In this document: one piece after another, positions 39,301 to 49,446 of the stretch
Layout of the letters: the number at the start of each line of letters is the position of its first letter
Numbering within the stretch: the stretch's first letter is position 1
Virus record (IMG/VR): IMGVR_UViG_3300021137_000001
Span: 248,001-312,000 of that record
Reading direction: 5' to 3' (one strand)
Length of the DNA stretch: 64,000 bases
Translations under genes and position numbers: made by a program
The notes under the pieces: generated by a model
Seen by the model: only the letters and a program-made list of their open reading frames with translations
Told to the model about the DNA's origin: nothing
The model's database searches: none

Positions 39301-42300
39301 CTTACTGTTCCTGTTGATGCAGATAGCGGCGTACCTGTAGCTGCAATTAACCCATCTGCGCTCATTCTTACACTAGTTCCGAATCCATCATTTGCAGTAT
39401 ATTCAGTTTGACCTTTAATTAAACTTTGTTTAATATTCCATGGGTGTGTCTTTTCATATACTTTCCATGTGTTAGTCGGAGTCTCCGCAGGTTGCCCCTG
39501 ACCGATAGTTGTAGCGGCATCGTCGTCGATCCATATCTTTTCACCTACATGCCATCCGTGTGGTGGAAGATAATTACGTGAATCTTCCATATACGTAAAG
39601 CGTAAGCTATCAAGTGAAAACAATAATCCGTTACCAGAGATTGTATCTAATTTTGATGTGTTGCCTGTGTACTTAACTAATATATTGTTAAGATCGACTA
39701 CTGTATCGACTTGATAGAAGCCATCAAATGCAGCATTAAAGTTGCGAGTCATAAACACATCACCAACAACAAATGCATGCGGTAATGCTGTTGTAAATGT
39801 TATATAGCCACCAAGCGAGTTAGAAACTAATATAGTTTGATTATTGGTTTCAGTTATTCTGTATATATTCCATTGTTGTGCAAAGTCTCTTGCGCACCAG
39901 ATAGTATACCCACTGCCCATTGTACTTAATCTATCATCTAAGTTTACAAAATTAGCAAGGTCGAATATAGTAGTATTAACATCGTCGATGTTTACATATC
40001 CTGCTCCGGGAATGTCATTGCTGTAATCACTATTATCATTTCTGTTTAATGCAATCTTGCCATTAAATTGCTCAGTTGATTTATACAATTGCGACTTATT
40101 AAATATTGTAACTCCGTTGCCGTCAATACTGTCTGCACCAGCGACAAATTGTGCTGTGGCAGGGTTAACACCAAATGCTTTTTCATCAAGTGCAATTTCT
40201 AAATACGGATTAGTGTCTAATGCACCATACTCGCCTACGCGAATTGCCCACTCTTCGTAAAATGTAATTGCACTGTTTAAATTATTAAATTCTGCACTAG
40301 TTAATTGATTAATTGCATTTGCAGAACCTTTTTGCTTAATAAAGCCTTTATATAATTCAATTTGTGTTGTATCACTTAGTCCGAGATCTGCTAAGTATTG
40401 GCGCGGTTTAAAGCCAATTAAACCATGACTGTATTTGATTTGATCTGCATCTTTAAAGTTTGTATACGAATCATAGTACGCTTGAGATTTAGTTGCAATC
40501 GTAGCAAAGTTTGGCAACAAGCCTTTTTTAAGTTCACTTGCAGCAATTGTTTTCCAATATGCAAATACAAATTCAATCGATGCTACAACATTCTGTAACG
40601 CAACATAATATTGATTTTTATATTGTACTAAGTCGCCTTTTAAGTAATCTTTACTACCGACCCACGCCGGCACATTACCAGAATTATACATAAAGCCCGG
40701 TGCACTTAAACTACCATCCCAGTCTGCTGTTTTTTGTCCAATTAGTTTTAATCTAAATTGTCTATTACCTAGCTCTGGTTTGTAGATAATGTCGTTAAAC
40801 ACTGTTGTATTATCAAATACTAATACGTGTTCGTATTGTACTAAGTTTAGTTCAGCATAACCAACAACTGCATCGTTAGTTAGTGTTAGTTTAAATGCGG
40901 TTGGGCTACGTAATACATTATAATTTACGTTCTTAACTAAGTTAAAGTTTTGATCTAATACTTTTGAACCGTATTGTGTATCTGTGATACCGTCTGTAAT
41001 TGCACCAATGGTAATAGCATTTAATACATTAGCAACTGGGCTCAATACAATAATACTACCTGTTGCCCAACCTTGTTGTGCCCAGAATAAAAATTCTTTA
41101 GCTGATAGTTTAAAGTTACGTAGTTCATTTAATGTTTCGTCCGTGTCATTAAATGTAAAGCCTTGTGCAACTAAATGTCTTTCGTAGCTAATTAAGAAAT
41201 CAGCTATTTGTTGTAGACTATTAAATTCATAACCATATGATACTGTTAGTTTTAAGTTTTGATAATCCTTGAATACAGTTACTGATTGATCTAATACAGT
41301 AATTTTGTATCCATTTGAATTAACAACACTAGGAATAATAGTGAAGTACGGGTTGGCTAAGTTATATCCACGTACACTATAGCCATTACTAGTTTTTTCA
41401 ATAATAACACTACTATATACTATTTTTTGTACAGGCGTCGATTTATACAAATGTACATTATAGTTTTCATTTGGAATAATAATGCTGTCATTTGTGCTTG
41501 TTGGTGAGCTTTGTTCTGCTAATACTTGCAGATATTTTTGATCACTGAACCCAGCCATTTTATATGCAAGATTAACTTGATAATTTTTCAGTAGCGGAGT
41601 AATAACAGTAGACGGATTAATGCCTTGACTAACTAAGTAATCTGCAATCCAATTTATATAGCCCGCTGTTCTAACTAATGTACCAGATGATGCGTCGCCA
41701 TTAAACGTCAATGACGTTTGCTTAATATGATCATTTGTGTCAGTTAGATATTGATTTAATACATAATTTCTTGTATAGCGTGAGTTATCCATTAACAAGC
41801 CAAAGTATCTGGCTGGTTTGGCTAAGGCAAGGGCTTGCTGTGCCGCAAATGCATAGTCACTACTATTACGCCATGCTGTTTCAACCGGCCCAAAATTCCC
41901 CATTGCCCATGCTGTTGCGGCACGAGATGAAGTAAAGTTTGCTGTCATAATTGCAGCAGGGCTTAATAAAAAGCCATTTACATCTACAGGAATAACAGTA
42001 GACAAACCAGGACGTGCAAAGTTAGTATCTACACCCACACGTATTCCGCTTCGGACCATTCCTGCTTCTAAGTCATCCCATAGTAATTTATTTCCACCAG
42101 TATATGGCGCAGGGCCGTATTCAGCTTCCCACCATAACGGCATCGCAGTAAAGCCTAGCATTTCCCACGGTGATGTATGCGGGCGAATTGTATCGTAATA
42201 ATATTCATAACATGCCTTCCAACTGCCCGGCAATGCTTCGCCATCTAGTCTATCAACGAAACGACTATAGTTCCATGTAAACGGATCATTGCTTTGGAAT

Positions 42301-45300
42301 GTATCGTTTACTGTATAATCAATTTTGTTATTGCCAATCCATATAAGAAAGCTCTTAGATATTAATTGATTCGCTTCAGCAAGTGAGTAATAACTATTTC
42401 TAAATTTGCCCGGAACAATTTCAAAGATATCTTGGTAACTACCGACATCCGGTAATTTAATATTGTTGTATATACGTTTTTCTAATTCCAGTAAGAAACT
42501 ATCTCTATAATCTTCAAACGCTGGTGTTATACTACCATCATGTCCACGTATAACATTAATCGGTGTGCGATAGGTATCATCTAAAAAGATTTCTGGGATA
42601 TAGCGTGGGAACAATCCTAGTTTAGTAGGAGTTTCTGGAATATAACATCCGTTTGTGTCTTGATATTCCACAAATTTAACAACGTCGCCTACTAGCAAAA
42701 TAACTGCGTCAGTGAATGTTATCCCTGGACGAGTGGTATCAAAGGTATAATCATTGATGGCTATTAATTGCACATCATTTAAGTAAACAAGTACAGCTAA
42801 GTTACTTAATATATATGTGTCAAATACATTAGTGATTTCATATGATCGAACTAACGGATCAAATATTGAATAGGTAACTGTGTTTTGCAATGTGCCAAAC
42901 GGAACCATGTCACTATAATACCATGGAAATGATTTATTTTTAATTTTGTTAATTTCAGTTATAATTAAATCAACACTTGCTATCGGGTCAGTTGGTTGTA
43001 TGCCAGTTAATGTCGCACTTAATTCTAAGAATTTATTTTTAAATCTTGCGTATTCTTGTTGTGCATAACGTGTTGCATCAATAAAGTTTGTGCTATCATT
43101 TAATAGAAATAATGCGGCATTAGATACAGGAGCGGCATGTTGTAGTATGTTTCCACCTTGCGCTGTAATCTCAATATCTCGAAGATTACTTTGTCCTAGT
43201 ATATCACCCGCCACTTCTGTACTGTTTTGACTTAGTGCAACTAAGTGATTTCTAATTTGCCCAAGTGTCAATGATGTTAAGTCAATATTTTGTGCATTTA
43301 AATCTAAGTTAGTAGGGACTTGATATTGACCCAATTTACTTACTTCGTAACTGTATACTAAAATATCAATTTTATCACTAAGTGCAGGCGCAGTTACTAA
43401 TGTCAATGCTCCGTTACTAATAGACCATTGTGTTGTTTTTAAATATGTATTATTTTTATAAACTTTAACGTGTGGAATAGTTGTTTCTGGTGCAATAGCA
43501 ACATCAATCTTAAATGGACTGTTAATACCATCATAGATGTAAGTGATTAATTGATATTGAGTAGTTGGCTCAACTACGGTTGCCCAGTTATTGCGTGGCG
43601 CAAGTGTATATCTGTCTACTATTTTTTGTACAAAACCCGTTGCAACTGCTGGAGTATGTGTTACTTGATCGACTACGTAATTATACGTATCGGCATCAAA
43701 ATAGTTAGAAAATTCAATGTCGCCTTGCGCTTGAAATGTTCTGTATTTTAATGGGAATTTAAGTACTGTATCTACTACTGTACTTGTACTTGTTCTGTTA
43801 TACCCAAATAGTTTAGTACCGGCAAAAGTACTACGTGGGTAAGTTGCAAAACTAGTACCCGCTAAGTCAAGTACATCAAACAACGGGTCTTGCTGTAATG
43901 CTATTTTTTGTTGACTTTCTAACCACTGTGCGCCATCGTACCACCATTGTGTTCCTTTGTAGGCACCTTCAGTTACAACTACAGTATCATAAATTTCAAT
44001 AGCACTATCGGCGGCTAAGTTTAAATTTACATATATAGGACCAGACGGAGTACCATTGATATCAACCGCTGTTTGTACTAAACTAAGCACGTAAATTTTA
44101 TTGCGTACTAGTGGGTCTATATCATTGGCAAATATTACTCTCATACCATCAACTAGAGTAACACCAAATGCAACTGTTAACACTTGTCCTTCTAATTCAT
44201 TAAATGCATCGCGTGTTGTTGTATCAAGTATAGTAATTGGTGTTTTGCCAATTCTGCCTGCATTAAATAATTGTATGTCTGCTTCGAACTGTACAATCGG
44301 ACGTTGAGCACGATGAGTTTGATCATATGTAACTTGTACATTATTATAGTCAGCAGTTGCATTAATTACGTCACGGTGAAACCAACGATTGTTACGTGAC
44401 CATGCATTTAAATCTTTACTTGCACGATTGATTGTAATATAGTTAGCATTAGGAATATTTCCCGGTAATCCAGTAGGATAGTTTAACGCTAGTTCATCAT
44501 TGTACAGCTCAGGAGTAACTAATAAAGTTACATCAACTAAGCGTATGCCAGATGGTGCGCCAACTCCTTCAACATAATATTCTTTATTTTGATATGTTGT
44601 TGGAGTAACATCAGTGCCAAACTTTACTTTTAATCCACTTGTAAAGATTATGCCATTAGGACTAGTATACGTGGTTTTTCCTAAAATGTCAACCTCAATA
44701 TCAATGTCCCATCCTGCAATATCAACAAGTTTAATTGTTCCATAAATTGCAGGGTTAACGCCATCTTGAAAGTATAATGTATTTTGTATACTTGATATTA
44801 CAGGAACGACATGCAAGAAGTCATCGTAGTCCTTAAAGAATTCTTTATTAGCATTCATAAGACCCGACTTGATGTATACTTTTTCATTAAGCAATACATC
44901 TTGTACATGCACCAATCGTATTAGTGGATCAAATGCAGCCGCATCAGTAAATTGTACACGCCACACACCAAAGCGTTGTGCATCTGGGATTATTGTTCCG
45001 GCATCGTACCCAGGTATAACTAAACTAGTATTTGGATCGATAACTTCAGGCATTGTCCATGCTGCTTCGCCTGCGTTTGTTAATAACTCTTGATTAACAA
45101 AAATCATTGTCTTACCATCAAGTTGACCTGTAAGACCAGCATACTGTGGATATAGTGCAATAAATTGACTTAGATATTGATTTTGTATTTCTGAGTATGC
45201 GATCGGAAGCGCATATTCTACATTAGCAACTACATTCATTAATACATATCTATCTTGTGCATTTGCTTGTGGTACATTAAATGTAACTGTGCCTGCTTCT

Positions 45301-45983
45301 GCCCCATTGTTAACAACACCAAATACATCGCGTGTACTGATTGTTGGGGTTGCATTCACTAAACCATCTACTCCCGGTTCAGTTTGTATCCAAAAGCCTG
45401 CGCCCATTTGATCTACATTAAATGTGTAGCTTCCGCCACGTGCAAGTGTTAGTGTGTTTTTTACTAATCCGCCTGTTGTAAAATCATAACGTGAAGTATT
45501 CCCATTACGAACAACGTCAAATGTTCGTGTTAACTCAACTCCACCAGTATTAACATCTACTGGGTCCGGGCCATTAGCAAGCCAATAGTATTGACTAAAG
45601 TTAACAAATTTATCAAATGATATTAGTGGAGCAAAACTATAGTATTCGCCGTCAAACATTCTGTTATGATTGCTGGCTAAACCACTATAGTAATCAATTT
45701 TATTTAATACATCAATATAGCTAGCAAAGAATGTAATTTCATTTTGTTCATCACGTACAACAATGCTTGGCTCAAGTTGATACTTTTGTCTTTCGGCTGA
45801 GCTCTCGATAACATAGCTATCTTTACTCTTATATGTAGGAGCAAACGTTCTTCCGATATAACCATATATGTTTCTTAAATTAGGTTCAGTTACTAACTGA
45901 TCTAACGTAGCAGACAAAAACTTATTGTTAGTGTCTGTTTGAAATATGGTAGGAAGAAAATTGGAGGTCTTTTTTGTCGCCAT
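33393..45983 (-). CDS. giant baseplate wedge / structural protein (4196 aa) with FG-GAP propeller
   Basis: Uninterrupted 12.6-kb ORF next to gp6-like gene; seven FG-GAP-like repeats; GSGY repeats. Confidence 0.8.
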   Translation of the reverse strand: MATKKTSNFLPTIFQTDTNNKFLSATLDQLVTEPNLRNIYGYIGRTFAPTYKSKDSYVIESSAERQKYQLEPSIVVRDEQNEITFFASYIDVLNKIDYYSGLASNHNRMFDGEYYSFAPLISFDKFVNFSQYYWLANGPDPVDVNTGGVELTRTFDVVRNGNTSRYDFTTGGLVKNTLTLARGGSYTFNVDQMGAGFWIQTEPGVDGLVNATPTISTRDVFGVVNNGAEAGTVTFNVPQANAQDRYVLMNVVANVEYALPIAYSEIQNQYLSQFIALYPQYAGLTGQLDGKTMIFVNQELLTNAGEAAWTMPEVIDPNTSLVIPGYDAGTIIPDAQRFGVWRVQFTDAAAFDPLIRLVHVQDVLLNEKVYIKSGLMNANKEFFKDYDDFLHVVPVISSIQNTLYFQDGVNPAIYGTIKLVDIAGWDIDIEVDILGKTTYTSPNGIIFTSGLKVKFGTDVTPTTYQNKEYYVEGVGAPSGIRLVDVTLLVTPELYNDELALNYPTGLPGNIPNANYITINRASKDLNAWSRNNRWFHRDVINATADYNNVQVTYDQTHRAQRPIVQFEADIQLFNAGRIGKTPITILDTTTRDAFNELEGQVLTVAFGVTLVDGMRVIFANDIDPLVRNKIYVLSLVQTAVDINGTPSGPIYVNLNLAADSAIEIYDTVVVTEGAYKGTQWWYDGAQWLESQQKIALQQDPLFDVLDLAGTSFATYPRSTFAGTKLFGYNRTSTSTVVDTVLKFPLKYRTFQAQGDIEFSNYFDADTYNYVVDQVTHTPAVATGFVQKIVDRYTLAPRNNWATVVEPTTQYQLITYIYDGINSPFKIDVAIAPETTIPHVKVYKNNTYLKTTQWSISNGALTLVTAPALSDKIDILVYSYEVSKLGQYQVPTNLDLNAQNIDLTSLTLGQIRNHLVALSQNSTEVAGDILGQSNLRDIEITAQGGNILQHAAPVSNAALFLLNDSTNFIDATRYAQQEYARFKNKFLELSATLTGIQPTDPIASVDLIITEINKIKNKSFPWYYSDMVPFGTLQNTVTYSIFDPLVRSYEITNVFDTYILSNLAVLVYLNDVQLIAINDYTFDTTRPGITFTDAVILLVGDVVKFVEYQDTNGCYIPETPTKLGLFPRYIPEIFLDDTYRTPINVIRGHDGSITPAFEDYRDSFLLELEKRIYNNIKLPDVGSYQDIFEIVPGKFRNSYYSLAEANQLISKSFLIWIGNNKIDYTVNDTFQSNDPFTWNYSRFVDRLDGEALPGSWKACYEYYYDTIRPHTSPWEMLGFTAMPLWWEAEYGPAPYTGGNKLLWDDLEAGMVRSGIRVGVDTNFARPGLSTVIPVDVNGFLLSPAAIMTANFTSSRAATAWAMGNFGPVETAWRNSSDYAFAAQQALALAKPARYFGLLMDNSRYTRNYVLNQYLTDTNDHIKQTSLTFNGDASSGTLVRTAGYINWIADYLVSQGINPSTVITPLLKNYQVNLAYKMAGFSDQKYLQVLAEQSSPTSTNDSIIIPNENYNVHLYKSTPVQKIVYSSVIIEKTSNGYSVRGYNLANPYFTIIPSVVNSNGYKITVLDQSVTVFKDYQNLKLTVSYGYEFNSLQQIADFLISYERHLVAQGFTFNDTDETLNELRNFKLSAKEFLFWAQQGWATGSIIVLSPVANVLNAITIGAITDGITDTQYGSKVLDQNFNLVKNVNYNVLRSPTAFKLTLTNDAVVGYAELNLVQYEHVLVFDNTTVFNDIIYKPELGNRQFRLKLIGQKTADWDGSLSAPGFMYNSGNVPAWVGSKDYLKGDLVQYKNQYYVALQNVVASIEFVFAYWKTIAASELKKGLLPNFATIATKSQAYYDSYTNFKDADQIKYSHGLIGFKPRQYLADLGLSDTTQIELYKGFIKQKGSANAINQLTSAEFNNLNSAITFYEEWAIRVGEYGALDTNPYLEIALDEKAFGVNPATAQFVAGADSIDGNGVTIFNKSQLYKSTEQFNGKIALNRNDNSDYSNDIPGAGYVNIDDVNTTIFDLANFVNLDDRLSTMGSGYTIWCARDFAQQWNIYRITETNNQTILVSNSLGGYITFTTALPHAFVVGDVFMTRNFNAAFDGFYQVDTVVDLNNILVKYTGNTSKLDTISGNGLLFSLDSLRFTYMEDSRNYLPPHGWHVGEKIWIDDDAATTIGQGQPAETPTNTWKVYEKTHPWNIKQSLIKGQTEYTANDGFGTSVRMSADGLIAATGTPLSASTGTVSTFAKGHTGEFTQQFTISPDAANTREYGHSIDFATNLLAVGAPGGNSNTGYVYVYSNPVATTSFNRAQVIVGNIVSGDRFGSSIAFDEHGTWLYIGAPGNNKVYVYGLNKFVSKQQTIISVNDQTILTLSGNITANAGAIITQTSSDASVVLLESVTNWAALKVSSLTNIIVGNITATILVDGIDSTKYALASSSLSITNTLNTVFTPDVADDANSLLITTSNKTYIPNIDYTVLGNVVTFAANIVQNDISIVQQPYYTRVTTLTGNASSNFGSALDASWDGAQLGVGAPLDSSNGLTNAGAVYVYDRVIEAFNSTGTSDYITDSNIGPVHRVTIDNIETTDYFVVGTNTIRFITPPAVGQIIFVEVNQFNLLEVLTGDAPVAQAQFGTALTICSNNCAIYVGAPYYNSGTAYNTGAVFKFHNRGRLYGTNIGYVHNPVFTPGNTIRLDNFSIEVQPLHVDHIDPITLAPVLMSSLDSLVYDINAANLLGVTAANENGYLLLLSDKTVAKNRLRILSGQPSGATGVYAAAGMKIFAEMQIIVNPYHTPGEYFGSKVILASNAYMLVISSERGTTRTYTIIDTDATTFDNNSTSLFDSIVGSGSVYIYELYDDPRDAFTHPGRYAFCQQLNTGDLNIGDKFGSAIDVVGGYIIASAPSDDTILTDAGSVYLFENPLHTRGWNLIRYQQPTVDVEAINRIYVYSNLSNTILSSLEFIDPAKGKILGRADQEISYKTGFDPAVYNRGTNSAVSLNNSIYWSSNQLGNVWWDLTQLSYIDYEQDTLTYRSINWGRLFPGSTVEVLEWVESTVLPSAYVASGADGIPKYADNSAYVELVFVDPVTNIISIKYYYWVKNKTTVDPNNSTRKLPIVAVQDIIANPKNQGIPYAAIIQDNALAVYNVSPYLSSQNTILHLDYNTIKNTNIIHSEYELVQKGNADSIISPKIINKLIDSLAGVDIMGAVVPDPTLSLADRFGLGTRPRQSVFSDRMPALTNLVDYVNSVLITKPIAREYDLTMLNSSEPQPSAKLGEYDQKIATDAELAYIDTVTLATGYKVLVDQDTTQDNLWVVYELSMSKTWEISRVQSYKTNLYWHYVDWYAAGYSIADQITYVVPTLVDALKLSVAPGNEILVRVSNGGSHGWSLIVVNSNLSFSVVGIQNGTVQLDTSIGNFADNELGFGNQGFSSKRFDQNPNIEIRSILTALREDIFIGELAAEFNKLFFVMVNYLFNEQKYVDWIFKTSFISVIHQLRSLVQYPNYIKDNQTYYQDYITEVKPYATKLREYLISYNSTDEFAGSVTDFDLPAYYDTDMKVFRSPSGEQVAKDEALWQTAPYDQWYANRNHRVESILVENAGSGYTAEPIVTIVGVGTGATARAIINYDTGAVIRIDMIKNGSGYYTTPTVVLNGSNTTPATAYAVLKNNQVRSFDTTLKFDRISYTSSVKEWAANTSYTAGDIITHIGTLAGAKRQAFTVNANITTGSTFISNDYTVYNASNFTNANDRITGYYEPGATMPARDLKQLLRGIDYPGVQVQGLGFEQAPGFSGATPFDNGMFDNIQYAADGLPMLSDATVDSLIQSNYTDLALGTRAEDIDVVGGAYVDTYSSHAPEELVPGIVFDTLDMQVYTKINGNVDVIGYRMFSNMMREESYLRIATAHSTTLAANLHIGDTTIIVTNASLLSVPNLAGATPGVVFINGERITYYTINLIANTLGQIRRGTQGTSTPLMHVSGLRVVDASTSQLVPNATANSTMTLGTTTYSVTDTVSYYLDLSSRITANIGDVITQSILGASATISSVNTSTNIVLVTSNSTNPFRYLENDVKLSGNVTVVTGDIVTQGLTGANLYVTRDSATINTIAVSYNSMAKLVTGAGNIAINGVDSRVYPVTITTNPTVGSALIINGTSTGNVYPLSMTKAGLVGTAGTVTIAANVTLITANVWQNHGATTATDGTGFNGAITPQVLFLKNSTATLIAP

Positions 45984-46009
45984 GTTGTTATAATCTCAAG
46001 TGTTATATG

Positions 46010-46015
46010 TATTTA
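46010..46015 (-). promoter_or_regulatory. late promoter upstream of the 4196-aa gene
   Basis: TAAATA-CA-TATAAC, overlapping the gp6 stop codon. Confidence 0.6.
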
Positions 46016-49000
46016 AGCCAGAACAGTTTGGTTGATTTGTGCCGCGGTAATTGCAGTAATTATTTGCACATTATCAACAGTTGCTGCACTAACAATAATT
46101 TCATTGTATTCTGCATTAATTTGTAGCAAGCTACCAAATGTACTAGTTGCACTAAATGGTACAATAGTTATACTTGCAATGTTTGGGGCAAGTACACTAT
46201 GCAAATATGCACTTAATTCACTGAAGTAAAACGTTTCGCCAAAGTCCCAGTTTGCAACATCAAAGTAACTATTAATAGCAGCAATTACACTGGTTTTAAT
46301 ATCATTATCACTAATAACAATACTTGGATTTTTAACTACTTTAAATGTTGCTTGCAATGCTATCGGGGCTTTTGCTCCGAAGATTGGTTTAAACTTAGCA
46401 GGGTTGTAAATAATTGTATCTGTTAAACTCTTATAATTTTCCAGTGTTCCGAACTCTATACCCAATGATTCTACGCTCGGAGCAGTCGGCTCGACTATTG
46501 TATTAGTCGAATCTTGAATCCATGCTGTGTAATCAGTTGAGTATTGTTTTGTTAACAAGTATAAGTCAATAATATTATTTGGGCTAGGATCAATACGACG
46601 ATAGTTTGGACTGTTGTGTCTATACTGGAAGTAAATGTCTTGTCTACCAGTCTTAGCGGTATAATCAGTAACTAGATTTAACACGTATGCTGAACCAGTT
46701 ACAGTTAACTGATAGAATGCATTATCAGGAGCAATATAAAATAATTGCCCAGATGCATATAATGTTGCAGATATTTGTGCATCTCGCAATGTTAAATAAG
46801 TGGCATTAACAAGCGCATTACTAACTGGAGTTTGTGTTACAAAATTATCATATCCATAAGTAGCTTGAAAATATACATATTTGTTTGTTGTATCAATCGA
46901 TGGATTAACAATTAACTCAAATAGTTCTGGGTTATCCGGAATGCCATTACTATCAGCATCAGGAAATGTTATTAAAATTTTATTTGGATTTTCGTATCCA
47001 TCAACTTCGATGATATTTTTATATATGTACCATGTATAATCCAATGCAAGCGGATTAGCATCATCTGGATTAGCATTTACTTTTAATACCTTAACTTGAT
47101 CGTGTACAGTAAGTCCAGTCTTTGGATCGAATACTTTAACTGTATTGTCAAAGTAAAAATTAGTTTCTTTTACACTTTCAAATATATAGTTTAATCCTTG
47201 ATAGTAAACTGTATATGTTTGTCCTACTGTTTGGAATCGAATTAACCAGCTTGCATCTAATCCTTGACCGCTAGTATCGCCTGTGTATGCTAGACTAAAA
47301 TTCCCAGTATTTAAATCACCAGGTAAAATTAATACCCAACTTGTAGTATTAATGTCATAACGTAGTCCAAAATCTTCATATGCTTGTATATAGCCTACCA
47401 TAGAATCTACTAGAGTAATCGGAAAATCAACGTTGAACACTGCATAAACTGTAGTGGCAATTGCACCTTCTGGAACAATTTCATTTAATACAAGTGGGCC
47501 ACTTCCGTTAGACAAGTTACCTGTGCCGCCATTTGTGCCATCACCAACTAATTGTTGAACAGCCGCATAGATATAATATTTGTCGCCAGACTTGCTCGGT
47601 GTTCCAACCCGAATAATATTTCTCGCGTCGAAATAATTGCCTAGTCCTGCACTAAATTTAATAATAGCACTTTGCTTAATATATTTGTTATTGTTTTCTA
47701 CTGCACCATCTACTTGTAATATTGACCCTGCTTGATTATATAAGTAACCAGTAGATCCGTTTGCTATAGTAGTCGAATAATGCCAGTATGCATCACTAAT
47801 AGTAATCGCAGGATATTGACTATAGAAAAACTGTAGTGTTTCTTGTGCAGCCGCAACTGGTTTAACTTGATTATAAATTGCTTTGTAAATATCATTTTTT
47901 GTGTTATAATCAAACGAGAACGTATTAACGAATGGGTCGCGATATAACATACCATCTTCTGCAAAGATGTTAGTACTTGAATATTTTCCAGTTGTATCAA
48001 TAACATCTAAGTAACGACTGATACCGCTTGATGTACGATTAACTGCTTTAACTTTAAGCACATTACTAAACAACGTATAAGGAAGAATATTGTAATCTTC
48101 GCCTGTAACCATACGATCTTGTGTGTAATATTGTTGTGGTGCTTTTTGACGTATTTCCTCAAGTGTTTCACGTGAGCTAGCATTAGCAACTGTATAATGT
48201 AAACTAGCACGAACCGTTAAAGTTTCAACTCTACCAGAACGACTTGTATAGTTAATAGGCATAATAACACCCTGCATTTCATTTGGTGTAATTTTATAGT
48301 CTGCGCCGTTACTTACTCTATAATATAATCTGTAATTACCTTGTGGAATGTTAGCAAAACTGCCATCACCAAATGTTAAATCAACTTGGTCATTTGCGCG
48401 AGTATTAACTTGATACACAGTCTTGCTAGTACTCTTATTATAGATAACATTTGTGTTACCGACTGATGGAACTTGTGTCCATAATGTGTGTGGTAATCCT
48501 TGTCCGTCTAAACTATATAGCCATAGATCAGTATTATTAACATTATCTACATTAACACTATACACACGATTTGGAGTGCTTTCTTGGAAAGTAAAGTCGA
48601 GTGTCTTTAATTCGCCTTGTTTAAAGTATGTGAAGAAGCCTGTGTTTGCACTTGAATTTCCTAAATTATCATTTTTGTATAACAAATTAAATGGCTGATT
48701 TGGGCGAGGAGCGATTTCATATATATAAGTTTTACCTGCACTAGTAGGGCTAGTCATTTCAAACTTAGAAGTTGTTCCTTCTATACTGGCTGCAAAACTA
48801 TAGGTTGCAATAATACTCGAAACTAAATTAACTTGATATTCATCATTTGTAATTCCATTAATAATTTGACTATTGCTTGGTTTCCCAATCATTTGATTTG
48901 ATATTAATCCTGCATTAATTACCGCAGTGAATTGTTCCTGCCAGTTATCGTTGCCACTGTCTGCCCATGAAATTACCAAGCCTGCTAAATTAATGCCGTT

Positions 49001-49396
49001 GCTATCGTAAACAGTTTCGGTTGTACTTACACTATTAATTTTTAAAAAGCCGCTTGATGGAATATTACGTTTAGGGTTATAGCTAATTAGTTTAGCAAGT
49101 TTAAGAATACTATCACGACGTTGTGCAGTATCCATAAAGTTTTCACGTGCGTTTAAATCGCCACGGAAAGCAAGCGATTGGCCTAAGAATGCAACTAAGT
49201 CAATTAATGCAATGAACTCACTTGATTCAATAAAGTCGTTAAAATCTTCTGGGTAGTATAAGCGTAAATAATCAATCATTGACTTACGAAGTGTTTCGTA
49301 GTCATAGCTCTGAAAGTCCGCATTACGGAAGGTTTGATACAGTTTAGTCCAGTCTTCTGCAACTAGTAAACCTGTTTGTCGTGTAGTAATAGCCAT
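46013..49396 (-). CDS. baseplate wedge subunit, T4 gp6-like
   Basis: N-terminal DFQSYDY..LR..MI.YL...YPEDFND, ENF..TAQRRDS...LA; RMVTGEDY; adjacent to gp25. Confidence 0.85.
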   Translation of the reverse strand: MAITTRQTGLLVAEDWTKLYQTFRNADFQSYDYETLRKSMIDYLRLYYPEDFNDFIESSEFIALIDLVAFLGQSLAFRGDLNARENFMDTAQRRDSILKLAKLISYNPKRNIPSSGFLKINSVSTTETVYDSNGINLAGLVISWADSGNDNWQEQFTAVINAGLISNQMIGKPSNSQIINGITNDEYQVNLVSSIIATYSFAASIEGTTSKFEMTSPTSAGKTYIYEIAPRPNQPFNLLYKNDNLGNSSANTGFFTYFKQGELKTLDFTFQESTPNRVYSVNVDNVNNTDLWLYSLDGQGLPHTLWTQVPSVGNTNVIYNKSTSKTVYQVNTRANDQVDLTFGDGSFANIPQGNYRLYYRVSNGADYKITPNEMQGVIMPINYTSRSGRVETLTVRASLHYTVANASSRETLEEIRQKAPQQYYTQDRMVTGEDYNILPYTLFSNVLKVKAVNRTSSGISRYLDVIDTTGKYSSTNIFAEDGMLYRDPFVNTFSFDYNTKNDIYKAIYNQVKPVAAAQETLQFFYSQYPAITISDAYWHYSTTIANGSTGYLYNQAGSILQVDGAVENNNKYIKQSAIIKFSAGLGNYFDARNIIRVGTPSKSGDKYYIYAAVQQLVGDGTNGGTGNLSNGSGPLVLNEIVPEGAIATTVYAVFNVDFPITLVDSMVGYIQAYEDFGLRYDINTTSWVLILPGDLNTGNFSLAYTGDTSGQGLDASWLIRFQTVGQTYTVYYQGLNYIFESVKETNFYFDNTVKVFDPKTGLTVHDQVKVLKVNANPDDANPLALDYTWYIYKNIIEVDGYENPNKILITFPDADSNGIPDNPELFELIVNPSIDTTNKYVYFQATYGYDNFVTQTPVSNALVNATYLTLRDAQISATLYASGQLFYIAPDNAFYQLTVTGSAYVLNLVTDYTAKTGRQDIYFQYRHNSPNYRRIDPSPNNIIDLYLLTKQYSTDYTAWIQDSTNTIVEPTAPSVESLGIEFGTLENYKSLTDTIIYNPAKFKPIFGAKAPIALQATFKVVKNPSIVISDNDIKTSVIAAINSYFDVANWDFGETFYFSELSAYLHSVLAPNIASITIVPFSATSTFGSLLQINAEYNEIIVSAATVDNVQIITAITAAQINQTVLA

Positions 49397-49416
49397 ACTA
49401 TTTCCCTGTTATAATG

Positions 49417-49426
49417 TATTTATTTA
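49417..49426 (-). promoter_or_regulatory. late promoter (tandem TAAATA) upstream of gp6-like gene
   Basis: TAAATAAATA-CAT-TATAAC-AGGG. Confidence 0.65.
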
Positions 49427-49446
49427 AGGAAAAAGTGCGCAGTTTA

